64,000 nucleotides of DNA from Candidatus Latescibacterota bacterium (lineage in GTDB: Bacteria; Latescibacterota; UBA2968; GCA-2709665): positions 3,552,001 through 3,616,000 of the forward strand of contig OZ252100.1 in assembly GCA_965248435.1 (NCBI GenBank), given 5' to 3'. The notes beneath the pieces were generated by a model. That model was not told the DNA's origin and made no database searches. It worked only from the letters and a program-made list of their open reading frames with translations. Both the position numbers and the translations under genes were made by a program. Shown here piece after piece: positions 48,830-58,021 of the stretch (positions are counted from its first letter, which is position 1; each line of letters opens with the position of its first letter).

Positions 48830-49648
48830 ATGCTGGTGACTGATTTTGCAAACTCCTATCAACACTGGACCCGGCCTCCGCAGCGGATCATCGAGGCAGA
48901 AGCATCCTACAAGCTCTGGAGCAGGCCGTCAGAAGCTGACGAGGTTGAGCCGTCGGGGGAGATGGACTGGGGGAACAGTGCGCGCATTCAGATCGAAGCC
49001 CGCACCGTGCTGACGGATGAGGCGTCGGGCGAGTCGGACGAGTTCTTCCTGATCGTTCCGTGCCGAGCGGAGTGGATGTATCGGGAAGACGCCCTGTTTC
49101 AGATGCCCAACTGGGAATACCGGCAGATCTATTCGCGCACGCGGGGTATGGGGCTTTGCAGAGCGTTAACCTCAGAAGGGGAGCAGCCCTTTTCGACGAC
49201 GCTTGAACGCTACACATCAACTCGCCTCGTCGTGAAGCCTCTGTCCAATCCACGGGTACTCGAGAGCGACGAGGCGGTGATCGAGGCAACTGAGAACCGT
49301 CTGCCGATGGTCGCGCAGACGGAGATTTCAGACGCGGAAAGTGGAATGAATGCGCTGATCGAGTACCCCGTAAAGACGATGAACTATCACCCGGAACGGA
49401 ACCGATTTCAGGTGGATACCGGGTCTGTGATGTGGCCGGACTTCTCGGCCCTTTCGGACCACTGGATCGAGTGCCTCTGCCTGGCACACGTGATCTACAA
49501 CCGATTCGATCGCACGGAATTTATCGTTCGTCGTCCGACGCCCGTCAAGGTAGACGCGGAGGAGGTCTGTCGGGTGCTTCACTATTCCGAAGTTTATCAG
49601 AAACAGGCGAAGCATACGATCTTCTGTGGCGAGAAAGCAGGACAGTAA
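48830..49648 (+). CDS. Uncharacterised protein (copy 1 of tandem pair)
   Basis: TAAGGA RBS; aligns with 49814..50572 (WGNS.RI.IEAR, PCRAEWMY, IEYPVKTMNY, FQVDTG). Confidence 0.8.
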   Translation: MLVTDFANSYQHWTRPPQRIIEAEASYKLWSRPSEADEVEPSGEMDWGNSARIQIEARTVLTDEASGESDEFFLIVPCRAEWMYREDALFQMPNWEYRQIYSRTRGMGLCRALTSEGEQPFSTTLERYTSTRLVVKPLSNPRVLESDEAVIEATENRLPMVAQTEISDAESGMNALIEYPVKTMNYHPERNRFQVDTGSVMWPDFSALSDHWIECLCLAHVIYNRFDRTEFIVRRPTPVKVDAEEVCRVLHYSEVYQKQAKHTIFCGEKAGQ

Positions 49649-49696
49649 CACAAAGCGGGATCTGGGCACTCAGATTTCGGGCTCTATTAATTTACC

Positions 49697-49762
49697 GGGA
49701 GCCGGTTCCCCGACTGGAGCTTGTCCTGAGCGAGCGCAAGCGAGTCGAAGGGTCGGGTCCCA
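49697..49762. repeat. Palindrome interrupted by a ~36-bp mini-element
   Basis: gggagccggttccccgact[gagcttgtcctgagcgagcgcaagcgagtcgaaggg]tcgggtcccac; insert matches the reverse complement of 47042-47072. Confidence 0.7.
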
Positions 49763-49813
49763 CCACGAGGCGTGCCACATCGCACCAACCTAAAATTTGA
49801 GGAGGACCTGCAA

Positions 49814-50572
49814 ATGGAAGTTCTGGATTTTGCGAATTCCTACCAGTTCTGGGACAGCCCCCCCAACCTCGAGGACAAACGAAAACCCGGTCATATGAAG
49901 TGGGGCAACAGCGTGCGCATCGCGATCGAGGCCCGAACGGTCCTGACGGACGAGGAGACGAGCCAGTCGGACGAATTCTTCCTGATCGCCCCGTGCCGCG
50001 CTGAGTGGATGTACCGGGATGATGTCCTGTTTCAGATCCCGAGCCGGGAGTATCGTCAGATCTGGTCACGCGCGAGGGGGATGGGTGTGGGCAGGGGAAT
50101 AACGTATGAAGGGGGACAGCCCACATCTGATACGCTGGATCGCTTCAATAGCTTCGATATCGTCGTCGAAACGATCCAGAGCCCGAGGGAACTCGAGACA
50201 GACGAAGCGGTGATCGAGGCGACCGAAAAGAATCTGCCGATCGTCGTGCAGACGGAGATCTCGGACGCGGAGAGCGGGATGCGTGCGGTGATCGAGTACC
50301 CCGTGAAGACGATGAACTACCATCCCGAACGGAACCGATTCCAGGTCGACACCGGACCGGTGATGTGGCCCGAGTTCTCGGCCCTCGGGACGCACTGGAT
50401 AGAGTGCCTCCGGATGTCACACGTGATCTATAACCGATTCGACAAAGCGGAGTTCATCATTCGCTGTCCGACGCCGATCGAGGTAGAGGGTAAGGAGGTC
50501 TGCACGGTCCTTCATTATTCGGAGGTGCATCAGCACGAGGCGACAAACAAGATTTATTGTCCCTCAACCTGA
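49814..50572 (+). CDS. Uncharacterised protein (copy 2 of tandem pair)
   Basis: GAGGAGG RBS before ATG 49814; paralog of 48830..49648. Confidence 0.8.
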   Translation: MEVLDFANSYQFWDSPPNLEDKRKPGHMKWGNSVRIAIEARTVLTDEETSQSDEFFLIAPCRAEWMYRDDVLFQIPSREYRQIWSRARGMGVGRGITYEGGQPTSDTLDRFNSFDIVVETIQSPRELETDEAVIEATEKNLPIVVQTEISDAESGMRAVIEYPVKTMNYHPERNRFQVDTGPVMWPEFSALGTHWIECLRMSHVIYNRFDKAEFIIRCPTPIEVEGKEVCTVLHYSEVHQHEATNKIYCPST

Positions 50573-50645
50573 AGAACCGTATCTCGTATTTCGGGGCTCA
50601 CATCCTTCACCCATTCTCGTCAAAGAAGCAAGAAAAGGAAACTCC

Positions 50646-52202
50646 ATGGCTAACGCAGATCCCGAGATTCCGTTCCTGATCGGAGAGGATTTCACTCAGC
50701 GCGAAAACGTGACCTGGCGGGTCGAACAGGCGGGAGGCGATGCATCACGCGCACTGTTGGAACCAGAAATGCCGTGGGACGACGGCCATCCTTTCCTGCA
50801 CGGCACCGTCGCTCACGACCCGATCGACGGGCTCTGGAAGGCGTGGGGAACCGCGTCCCCGAGTGCGCAGTTTCGCACGCAGCTACGACGCCTCGGCTAC
50901 CTCGAAAGCGAGGATGGGGTCAGCTGGCAACGGCCGGAACTCGACCTGAGTCCGATTGGGGATCACGAACGCACGAACGTCCTCCTGGATCTGGACACCG
51001 GGGGATATTCACTCTGCTCGAGCGTGCTGATTGATCCCGAAGCGGACGAGACACGTCGCTATGAGATGTTCGTGCTTCGTCAACCGGGCAGGCCTGCTGA
51101 TTTGAAAGCGGCAGAGACAGTAACCGGATTTACGGGGTCAGACGGCAGGGGGGCTCGAGCCTCCGGTCTTTATCGTTACTTCTCCGGCGACGGGATTCGC
51201 TGGCAGCCCTCGACCGGACCGCTGATGACGATTGAAGGCGATCCGCTGAAGTCCAAGAGCACGAACGACAATATATTCGTCTACCGCGAGGCGGACGGGA
51301 CATATGCCGCCTACCACAAGATGGTCGTGCGGAATTTTCCCGGGTCCATCTACCCTTACGAGACCTCATTCGGAGTGTGTCGCGTTCTCGTTAGACGGAC
51401 GAGCGAAGACGGAGTCGATTGGAGTGAACACGAGCAGGTCGTGCTGCCGGACTGGCGAGATACCCACGACACCCAGTTCATGGAGATCTCCGTGACGCCG
51501 GCCCCGGGAGGTTACCTCGGCGTTCTGACCGTCTACAAGACCGCGAACCAGACGATCGAGCTGCAGTTCGCCGCTTCGCGAGATGGGCGGTACTGGTGGC
51601 GCCCGGACCGCCGTCCCTGCGTCGTGCAGCCTCCTGTCGGCGACTACGGTGGGGGGATGATGTGGGGAAGCCACCACATGATCGTGGACGGTTCGCTTAT
51701 TCATTATTATTATAGCGGACTCCAGGGCATCCACGGGGATGTGTTGGGCACCCAGGAGGCGGAGATCGCCGCCGCGGAGGGGAGGACTTACAAGCCGACG
51801 CCTAACCTGCACGGCGAGATTATCAGTCGCCTGCCGAATCTGATCTCCTTCCAGGGCGCGCTCTGTCGCGCGACCTGGACCAGAGGCCGTCTGTGGGGCC
51901 TGGCAACCGCTTCGGGTGGGAGACTGGAAGGGAGCGCGACCACGGCGTCGACATTGCGTGAGGGCCAAAAGCTGAGGATCAACGCGAGCACAGTGGACTA
52001 CGGAGAGATCGTCGCGGAACTTGTGAACGATGAAGGCAAGGCCCTGCAGGGCTTCGACCGAGAGGCGTGTGACTCGTTTTCGGGGGACGCCGATCGAACG
52101 GAGATGAGCTGGAACGGAAAGACGTCTTCTCCCGCTGACGGAGCGCGGGTGCGATTCGTCTTGCGGAATGCCACGCTCTATGGATTTGAGTTTGGCGATT
52201 GA
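50646..52202 (+). CDS. Glycosidase-like beta-propeller protein, distantly related to the 6.4-12 kb pair
   Basis: PEMPW, ESEDGVSWQRPEL, SGDGIRW, SEDGVDW, SRDGRYW; C-terminal LRINA..AEL..GF..CDSFSGD..VRFVLRNA.LY. Confidence 0.75.
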   Translation: MANADPEIPFLIGEDFTQRENVTWRVEQAGGDASRALLEPEMPWDDGHPFLHGTVAHDPIDGLWKAWGTASPSAQFRTQLRRLGYLESEDGVSWQRPELDLSPIGDHERTNVLLDLDTGGYSLCSSVLIDPEADETRRYEMFVLRQPGRPADLKAAETVTGFTGSDGRGARASGLYRYFSGDGIRWQPSTGPLMTIEGDPLKSKSTNDNIFVYREADGTYAAYHKMVVRNFPGSIYPYETSFGVCRVLVRRTSEDGVDWSEHEQVVLPDWRDTHDTQFMEISVTPAPGGYLGVLTVYKTANQTIELQFAASRDGRYWWRPDRRPCVVQPPVGDYGGGMMWGSHHMIVDGSLIHYYYSGLQGIHGDVLGTQEAEIAAAEGRTYKPTPNLHGEIISRLPNLISFQGALCRATWTRGRLWGLATASGGRLEGSATTASTLREGQKLRINASTVDYGEIVAELVNDEGKALQGFDREACDSFSGDADRTEMSWNGKTSSPADGARVRFVLRNATLYGFEFGD

Positions 52203-52247
52203 GACGACTTCGCGAATCTCATGGCCATTAGGTGCAGGCTAAATATC

Positions 52248-53002
52248 TTGCACGGGCGGGCTAGCCGCCCGTGGCACACGTGAAAGATTATCACAAGACA
52301 TATTGTGTGGCACCGGCAGCTTGCTGCCGGTGGAAAACGGCGAGCGGATAGTGCTAGTTTGAAAAGCGAATGGCCACACTCCCTCAAAAGCGTGTTCGAC
52401 ATTTTGACGTTGCCGGCCACGCGCACCATTTGACTTTTTCCTGCTATCAACAGATGTCACTTTTAACTAACGATTCGTGGCTGTGTTGGTTGTCAGAGGG
52501 TATCGAAAATAGTTTGGCGCGACACAGTTTCATTCTTCATGCGTTTGCTTATATGCCAAATCATGTCCACCTTCTCGTTCGATCGAAGAAGAAAGATTCT
52601 AGAATTGAGAAACTCCTGTTTGGTATTAAGCGACCCTTTTCTTTTAGGGTAAAGCGCAGCTTGCAGGAACAAGCGAGTCCGCTGTTGAACCAACTCCTGG
52701 TTCGCGAGCGACCAGGGAAGAGGGTATTCAGATTCTGGCAAGCAGGTCCGGGGTATGACAGAAACCTGAGTGCTGGTGAAAATGTCGTGGAAGCAATCAA
52801 GTACATCCATTTCAACCCGGTGAAGGAAGAGCTGTGCGATTCGCCCGAGCAATGGAAGTGGTCTAGTTGGGGTTCTTACCATGGTCTAGATGCACGTGAG
52901 CATCTGGTGTTACCTAAAGTTGAAGTTTTTGGCGGCTAGGAAGGTTTCACGATATAGCTAGAGATTTTGCACGGGCAGGCGAGCTGCCCGTGGCACACGT
53001 GA
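52248..53002 (+). mobile_element. REPtron: RAYT gene flanked by three cognate REPs
   Basis: REPs at 52248-52283, 52305-52332 (inverted) and 52967-53002; the enclosed gene is visibly more AT-rich than its neighbours. Confidence 0.85.
52370..52939 (+). CDS. REP-associated tyrosine (HUH/Y1) transposase
   Basis: HHLTFSC, MPNHVHLLV (HUH), FWQ, YIHFNPV (catalytic Tyr), WKWSS. Confidence 0.92.
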   Translation: MATLPQKRVRHFDVAGHAHHLTFSCYQQMSLLTNDSWLCWLSEGIENSLARHSFILHAFAYMPNHVHLLVRSKKKDSRIEKLLFGIKRPFSFRVKRSLQEQASPLLNQLLVRERPGKRVFRFWQAGPGYDRNLSAGENVVEAIKYIHFNPVKEELCDSPEQWKWSSWGSYHGLDAREHLVLPKVEVFGG

Positions 53003-53036
53003 TTTATCTAAATTTGAAGTACGCTAGGAGGATTTG

Positions 53037-53828
53037 ATGGACGAACCGACCGTTCAACAACTCATGGATCTGTCGGGGCGTGTCGCACTGATCACAGGTG
53101 CTACGGGCTACCTGGGCTCGGCGATGTCTCGGGCCCTCGCGGAGGCTGGTGCCTCTGTTGTGATCAGCAGTCGGGATCGCGGCAAGGCACAGGCTGCTGC
53201 AGATAAACTGCCGCTCGCGGGAAAGGCCCAGCACCGGTGCGTCCAGCTGGACCACATGGAGGCGGATTCGGTGGAGAGCGGATTCGCCGAGGCGGTTGAG
53301 TCCGCGGGGAAGATCGATGTACTCGTGAACAACGGGAACGAGGCGCTTGGAAAAGACTTGACGACCGTGACCCAGGACGAGTTCAGCCGCGTGCAGATCA
53401 ACGCCTCAGGCTATTTCGCGCTCGCGCGCCTTTTTCACGATCACGTCGTGGAACGGGAGGCGTCAGGTAGTGTCATCATGCTGGGCTCGATGTACGGGCA
53501 GGTCGCCTCTTATCCAGATGCCTACGAGGGGCTGGGTCCGGCCAGTCCGGTCGCCTATCACGCACTCAAGGGCGGCATCATCCATCTGACGCGGCACCTG
53601 GCGATCTACTGGGCCAAGGACCGGGTGCGCGTGAACTGTCTGAGCCCGGGACCCTTTCCCTTCAATGCGCCGGACGCGGTAGTCGAGCGGCTCTGCACGA
53701 AGAGCCCGATGAAGCGGATGGGATTTCCGTATGAACTGAAGGGCGCGATCGTCTTTCTGTCCAGCGACGCGAGCAGCTACATGACGGGTCAAAATCTGAC
53801 GATCGACGGGGGTTGGACGGCCTGGTAA
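53037..53828 (+). CDS. Short-chain dehydrogenase/reductase
   Basis: TGATGYLG, GSMYG, YHALK, VNCLSPG, TGQNLTIDGG. Confidence 0.92.
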   Translation: MDEPTVQQLMDLSGRVALITGATGYLGSAMSRALAEAGASVVISSRDRGKAQAAADKLPLAGKAQHRCVQLDHMEADSVESGFAEAVESAGKIDVLVNNGNEALGKDLTTVTQDEFSRVQINASGYFALARLFHDHVVEREASGSVIMLGSMYGQVASYPDAYEGLGPASPVAYHALKGGIIHLTRHLAIYWAKDRVRVNCLSPGPFPFNAPDAVVERLCTKSPMKRMGFPYELKGAIVFLSSDASSYMTGQNLTIDGGWTAW

Positions 53829-53876
53829 GAGCGTATCTCGCGAAAACAATCTGCAATCAGGTTCAGAGGGGGCGAC

Positions 53877-55217
53877 ATGACAACTGAAGCGAAAACTAAA
53901 CACTCCGTAGAGAAGTCGATGGCGCTCTACCGAAAGGCGGAGCAGCTGATTCCCGGCGTGGCGCAGTTGATCAGCCGCAGGCCGACGAGGCGGGCGTTTG
54001 GCGTGAGCCCGGTTTACGGCGCCCGAGCCAAGGGGTGTCGGATCTGGGACATCGACGGCAACGAGTATGTGGACTGGATGAGCGCGGTTGGACCGATCAT
54101 CCTCGGGTATGCGGACGAGGTGGTCGACAACGCGGTGAAGGAACAGATCGACCGCGGCTCGATCTACAGCCTGCTTACAGAGGCCTCCGTAGAGCTGGCG
54201 GAATTGCTGGTTCGCTTGATTCCTTCGGCCGAGATGGTACGCTACGCCAAGGGTGGGGGCGAGGCGTGTGCCGTGGCCGTGCGCATCGCAAGAGGCGTAA
54301 CGAGACGGGATCGCGTGTTGTTCTGCGGGTATCACGGCTGGCACGATTGGTACCAGGCGGCGAACCTGGGGAACGAGAAGCTCCAGCAGCATCTGTTCAG
54401 CGGCATCGAGCCGATCGGTATCCCTCGTGTGCTGGAGGGTACCGCGATCCCGTTCGAGTATGGCGACAACAACATGCTCGAAGACCTGCTCAAGGAACAC
54501 GACGGGGAGGTGGCCTGCGTCATCATGGAGCCCATGCGCTCCGAGATTCCTCCAGAGGGCTACCTGGAAGGCGTCCGCGAACTGGCGACGAAGTACGGCG
54601 TGATTCTGGTCTTCGACGAGGTCTCGTGCGGGTTTAGGGTTGCGTTGGGCGGGGCCCAGGAACTGACCGGCGTGACTCCGGACATGACGGCGCTGGCGAA
54701 GGGAATCTCCAACGGGTATCCCATGGGCGCCGTGGTTGGCAAGCGAGATGTGATGGCCCCGGCCGCCCAGATGTTCGTTTCAAGCGCCTACTGGGACGAC
54801 AATGTCGGGATCGCGGCTGCGCTCACCACATTGAAAGAACTCGAACGTCGGGACGCGGTGAGCCATTTCGAGCGGATCGGGACGTCGTTCAAGGAGAGGA
54901 TCAACCGGGCGGCGCAGGAGACCGGGTTGGATGCGGAGTGCTTCGGTGTGCCGGGACACCCGAGCACGCGATTTAATTTCGAGGATGGGGTCACGGCCAA
55001 GAAGGTACAGACCCTGTTCGCGCAGGAGACGGAGAAGCGCGGAGTAATTATGGGGAACTTCCTCAACTGCGCGCACGACGAGGCGGCGCTGGATCACACC
55101 GAGACGGCCGTGAGGGAGAGTTTTGAGGTTATCAAGGAAGGTCTCGATCGCGACGGGCTGGACGATCTGATGGAGACGGAGGTTCAGGAGGAATTTTTCA
55201 AACGGTTGGTGAGGTAA
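53877..55217 (+). CDS. Class III aminotransferase (GSA-aminomutase-like)
   Basis: CGYHGWHDW, FDEV.CGFR, AKGISNGYP. Confidence 0.9.
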   Translation: MTTEAKTKHSVEKSMALYRKAEQLIPGVAQLISRRPTRRAFGVSPVYGARAKGCRIWDIDGNEYVDWMSAVGPIILGYADEVVDNAVKEQIDRGSIYSLLTEASVELAELLVRLIPSAEMVRYAKGGGEACAVAVRIARGVTRRDRVLFCGYHGWHDWYQAANLGNEKLQQHLFSGIEPIGIPRVLEGTAIPFEYGDNNMLEDLLKEHDGEVACVIMEPMRSEIPPEGYLEGVRELATKYGVILVFDEVSCGFRVALGGAQELTGVTPDMTALAKGISNGYPMGAVVGKRDVMAPAAQMFVSSAYWDDNVGIAAALTTLKELERRDAVSHFERIGTSFKERINRAAQETGLDAECFGVPGHPSTRFNFEDGVTAKKVQTLFAQETEKRGVIMGNFLNCAHDEAALDHTETAVRESFEVIKEGLDRDGLDDLMETEVQEEFFKRLVR

Positions 55218-55357
55218 GAGAATTGCGGATTTCGGATTGAAAGGCATGGCTGTGCAGGCAAGCTCAGGACAAGCTCCTGTTGGCGAAGGCGATCATCGCG
55301 ATGCAGTTGTTCACCGTCCCAATGACACATATGGTTTGGATAGGGAGATAATCCTTC

Positions 55358-56356
55358 ATGGCGAAAGTCGATTATACAGAGTTTGATCAAGAGATCTGGG
55401 ACAGGGAGCTCGAAGATTTCGTACCGTCCGTGGTCTACGACATGCACACACATATCTGGTCGGAGGCCCATCGGGGTAAAGAAAGTACGAAAGCCGGGGG
55501 CATGCGGTTGGAGATCGATTACCAGGACCATCTGGATTGGGCGGCGAAGCTCTACCCGGGTCGGGAGATGCACTACCTGGTCATCGGAACGCCGGTTTTG
55601 GGCCTCGACCTGGAAGGCCACAACGACTGGATGGCGGCGGAACTGAAGGCAGATCCCAAGTCGAGAGTGCACATGATGGTGACGCCCGAACTGACGCCGG
55701 ACTATGTCGCGGAACAGGTCCGGAAGCACAATTTTCTGGGCCTGAAGTGCTACCGGGTCTTCGCACCCGACAGAACCTACTGCCGGATCCGCGATTTTCT
55801 CCCGGAAGCGCAGATCGAAGTGGCGAATGACATGGGGCTTTCCGTTACATTGCACATGTCGAAGCCGACCGGACCTGCTGACGCGGACAACCAGAAGGAC
55901 CTGAAGCGCTACACAAAGGAGTACCCGAATGTCCAGTGGATCCTGGCGCACTGCGCCCGGGGGTTCAACGCCTTCTTCCTGGAGGAGTCGATTGAATTCT
56001 ACAAGGACCTGCCCAACATCTGGTACGACACTTCGGCGGTGAACGATATCGTCTCTCATTTCCTTTTAATGAAACACGAGGATCGAAAACGGGTGATGTT
56101 CGGGTCGGACAACATCGTGGCAGGGTGTGCGCGCGGGAAGTACGTCACTTACGGGAAGGCCTGGGAGTACTTCAAGGGGTTTCCGGAGCTGGAACATTGC
56201 GACCCGAGGGCGACGTTTGTGATCTACGAACAGCTGCGCCAGGAACGGCACGTGGCGGATATGCTGGGGTTGACCCAACAGGAAATCGAAGACCATTTTT
56301 CAGGGAACGCGGTTTCTTTCTTCGAGACGGTTGGGCGTCTCCGGGGGTCTAACTAA
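55358..56356 (+). CDS. Amidohydrolase_2 family metalloenzyme
   Basis: DMHTH, GLKCY, TLH, LAHC, YDTSA, FGSD. Confidence 0.88.
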   Translation: MAKVDYTEFDQEIWDRELEDFVPSVVYDMHTHIWSEAHRGKESTKAGGMRLEIDYQDHLDWAAKLYPGREMHYLVIGTPVLGLDLEGHNDWMAAELKADPKSRVHMMVTPELTPDYVAEQVRKHNFLGLKCYRVFAPDRTYCRIRDFLPEAQIEVANDMGLSVTLHMSKPTGPADADNQKDLKRYTKEYPNVQWILAHCARGFNAFFLEESIEFYKDLPNIWYDTSAVNDIVSHFLLMKHEDRKRVMFGSDNIVAGCARGKYVTYGKAWEYFKGFPELEHCDPRATFVIYEQLRQERHVADMLGLTQQEIEDHFSGNAVSFFETVGRLRGSN

Positions 56357-56481
56357 ATGTATAGGAAAAGGATAGTGGAGTAGGGCAGGTTTGCTCTTTC
56401 TGAGCAATATCAGACATGGGTTGATTCTAATATATAAGTTAAGCTATTCTTATCAATAGGCAGAAAGTAGAAAAAAACGTC

Positions 56482-56510
56482 TTGACAGAGTCCCGTGCGG
56501 GTATTATTTT
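56482..56510 (+). promoter_or_regulatory. Sigma70-type promoter
   Basis: TTGACA, 17-bp spacer, TATTTT, preceded by an A-tract (UP-like). Confidence 0.65.
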
Positions 56511-56665
56511 TTGGAATCAGTGTAAAGGCAGATACGTCCAACTTCGGTTTGTCGGCCGGAGAAAGGGGGAATGCGTAGCGTATGACTGTGTCTGATTTTC
56601 GCCTGTTATCAGGTATCCGTAAGTCGTCAGAAGGTAGTGCATCTTATTTCATCAGGAGGTTTAGT

Positions 56666-57376
56666 ATGAAGGCATTGGGAATTGCTCTGTTGAGCCTGGT
56701 CCTCATCGCGGGACTGTCCTTCCCAGCCGACGCACAGGTTGCTGGCACGAAGGGATTCGGGATCCACGCGGCATACAACATCCCGACCTTTACGCTCAGG
56801 GAACATTATTCGTCCGGCGGAATCAAAGGTGGTGCACTGTTCGCCTATGTGGTCAACGAGACCTGGACAGCTGAAGTGGAAGCGAACTTCTCCCAGTACA
56901 CCGGTGGCGACGTTGAGGACGCTTCCTTCACCTGGAACGTGTCCGGCGCTGAGGTCTCCAGCCCGAGTGCAAAGTCGGAGATGAAGTGGATTACAGGGTC
57001 GCTCGCATTCCTGTATCACTTCAATCAGGGCGGATCCAAGCTCGGTGTGGGGGGCGGTGCTCCGTATGTGTCCTTCGGAACCGGCTTCTACCGCTACAAG
57101 AATGAAGTGAGCGGGCTGATCTGGCCGGGCCAGAAGTCCGAGCCGCTCGACACGAGCCTGCTGCTTCAGACGATCGAGGACCGCCGCGTTGCGCTCACGG
57201 TCAACGTTGGGCTCGGCGTCGAGTATTTCGCTTCCGAGAGTTTTGCCTTCGATATCCGTGGCCAGTACAACGTGAGTTTAGGTAACCTCCGGCCACGTGA
57301 GGCCTGGGACATTCACGAAGCATGGCCTCTGCAGAATCTCGACATCGGCGTCCGGCTGAAATTCTACCAGAAGTAA
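56666..57376 (+). CDS. Outer-membrane beta-barrel protein (8-stranded OmpA/OmpW-like)
   Basis: AGGAGG RBS; signal peptide ending ADA; amphipathic strands, PYVSFGTG, GLGVEYF, terminal DIGVRLKFY. Confidence 0.8.
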   Translation: MKALGIALLSLVLIAGLSFPADAQVAGTKGFGIHAAYNIPTFTLREHYSSGGIKGGALFAYVVNETWTAEVEANFSQYTGGDVEDASFTWNVSGAEVSSPSAKSEMKWITGSLAFLYHFNQGGSKLGVGGGAPYVSFGTGFYRYKNEVSGLIWPGQKSEPLDTSLLLQTIEDRRVALTVNVGLGVEYFASESFAFDIRGQYNVSLGNLRPREAWDIHEAWPLQNLDIGVRLKFYQK

Positions 57377-57401
57377 GCACGTCTCGTCGGTTTAGTACTC
57401 C

Positions 57402-57442
57402 GGCCATCGCCTGGACTTGTTCCAGGCGATGGCCTTTTTTTT
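57402..57442 (+). terminator. Intrinsic terminator
   Basis: ggccatcgcctgga-cttgt-tccaggcgatggcc followed by T8. Confidence 0.92.
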
Positions 57443-57719
57443 AACACGGAGGTAATGGGAAGATCGCGAGGAATACGGAAGAGAGTCGAGTGAGGTGCGA
57501 CACACGCGGACAGGCGCTCGATCATGAAAGACGCTGGGGTGCGCGGAGGAAGAAAAGCAGACGGCAGATCGCGGACGGCCGAAAACGGCCTTGCGTTCGG
57601 GCCAATGTTCCACAATGGTTTTGTAATTCCTTTTGGGTGCGGCAATCACGCGGATAGTCTGTCGAGGCTGTGCGATTTATTCGATTGATTCAGGGTTCGA
57701 TAATTACCTCACTGGACCC

Positions 57720-57965
57720 CGCAGGCTGAAGCCTGCGACTACACCGAATCACACACTGATACAAAACGCGAACACATCCCCGGTCTGTACGGGCAACGCA
57801 TGGCGTCGCCCCAACTGAAAATTGCTTTGATTAAGAATACGACAGTGGCACCCCATTGCATTGATCACCGGTATCACGGGACCAGAAATCACCCGATGTT
57901 GACGAACCCATTGCGATCATTTCATTCACCAAATAGATTCGTGTAGTCGCACCCTTCAGGGTGCG
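57720..57965. repeat. Cluster of GTAG-type REPs
   Basis: cgcaggctgaagcctgcgactac (57720), gtacgggcaacgcatggcgtcgccc (57787), gtagtcgcacccttcagggtgcg (57943). Confidence 0.7.
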
Positions 57966-58021
57966 GCGGGGAATGGGTCGGGGTAAGGCCCGCGACACCA
58001 CCACATGCGAGGGAAGTCTAC

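Noticed and set aside
57940-58020. Cobalamin-riboswitch-like sequence (GGGAA..GGT) before the oxidoreductase
   Set aside because: Core riboswitch elements were not found; the hairpin is explained by a GTAG REP.
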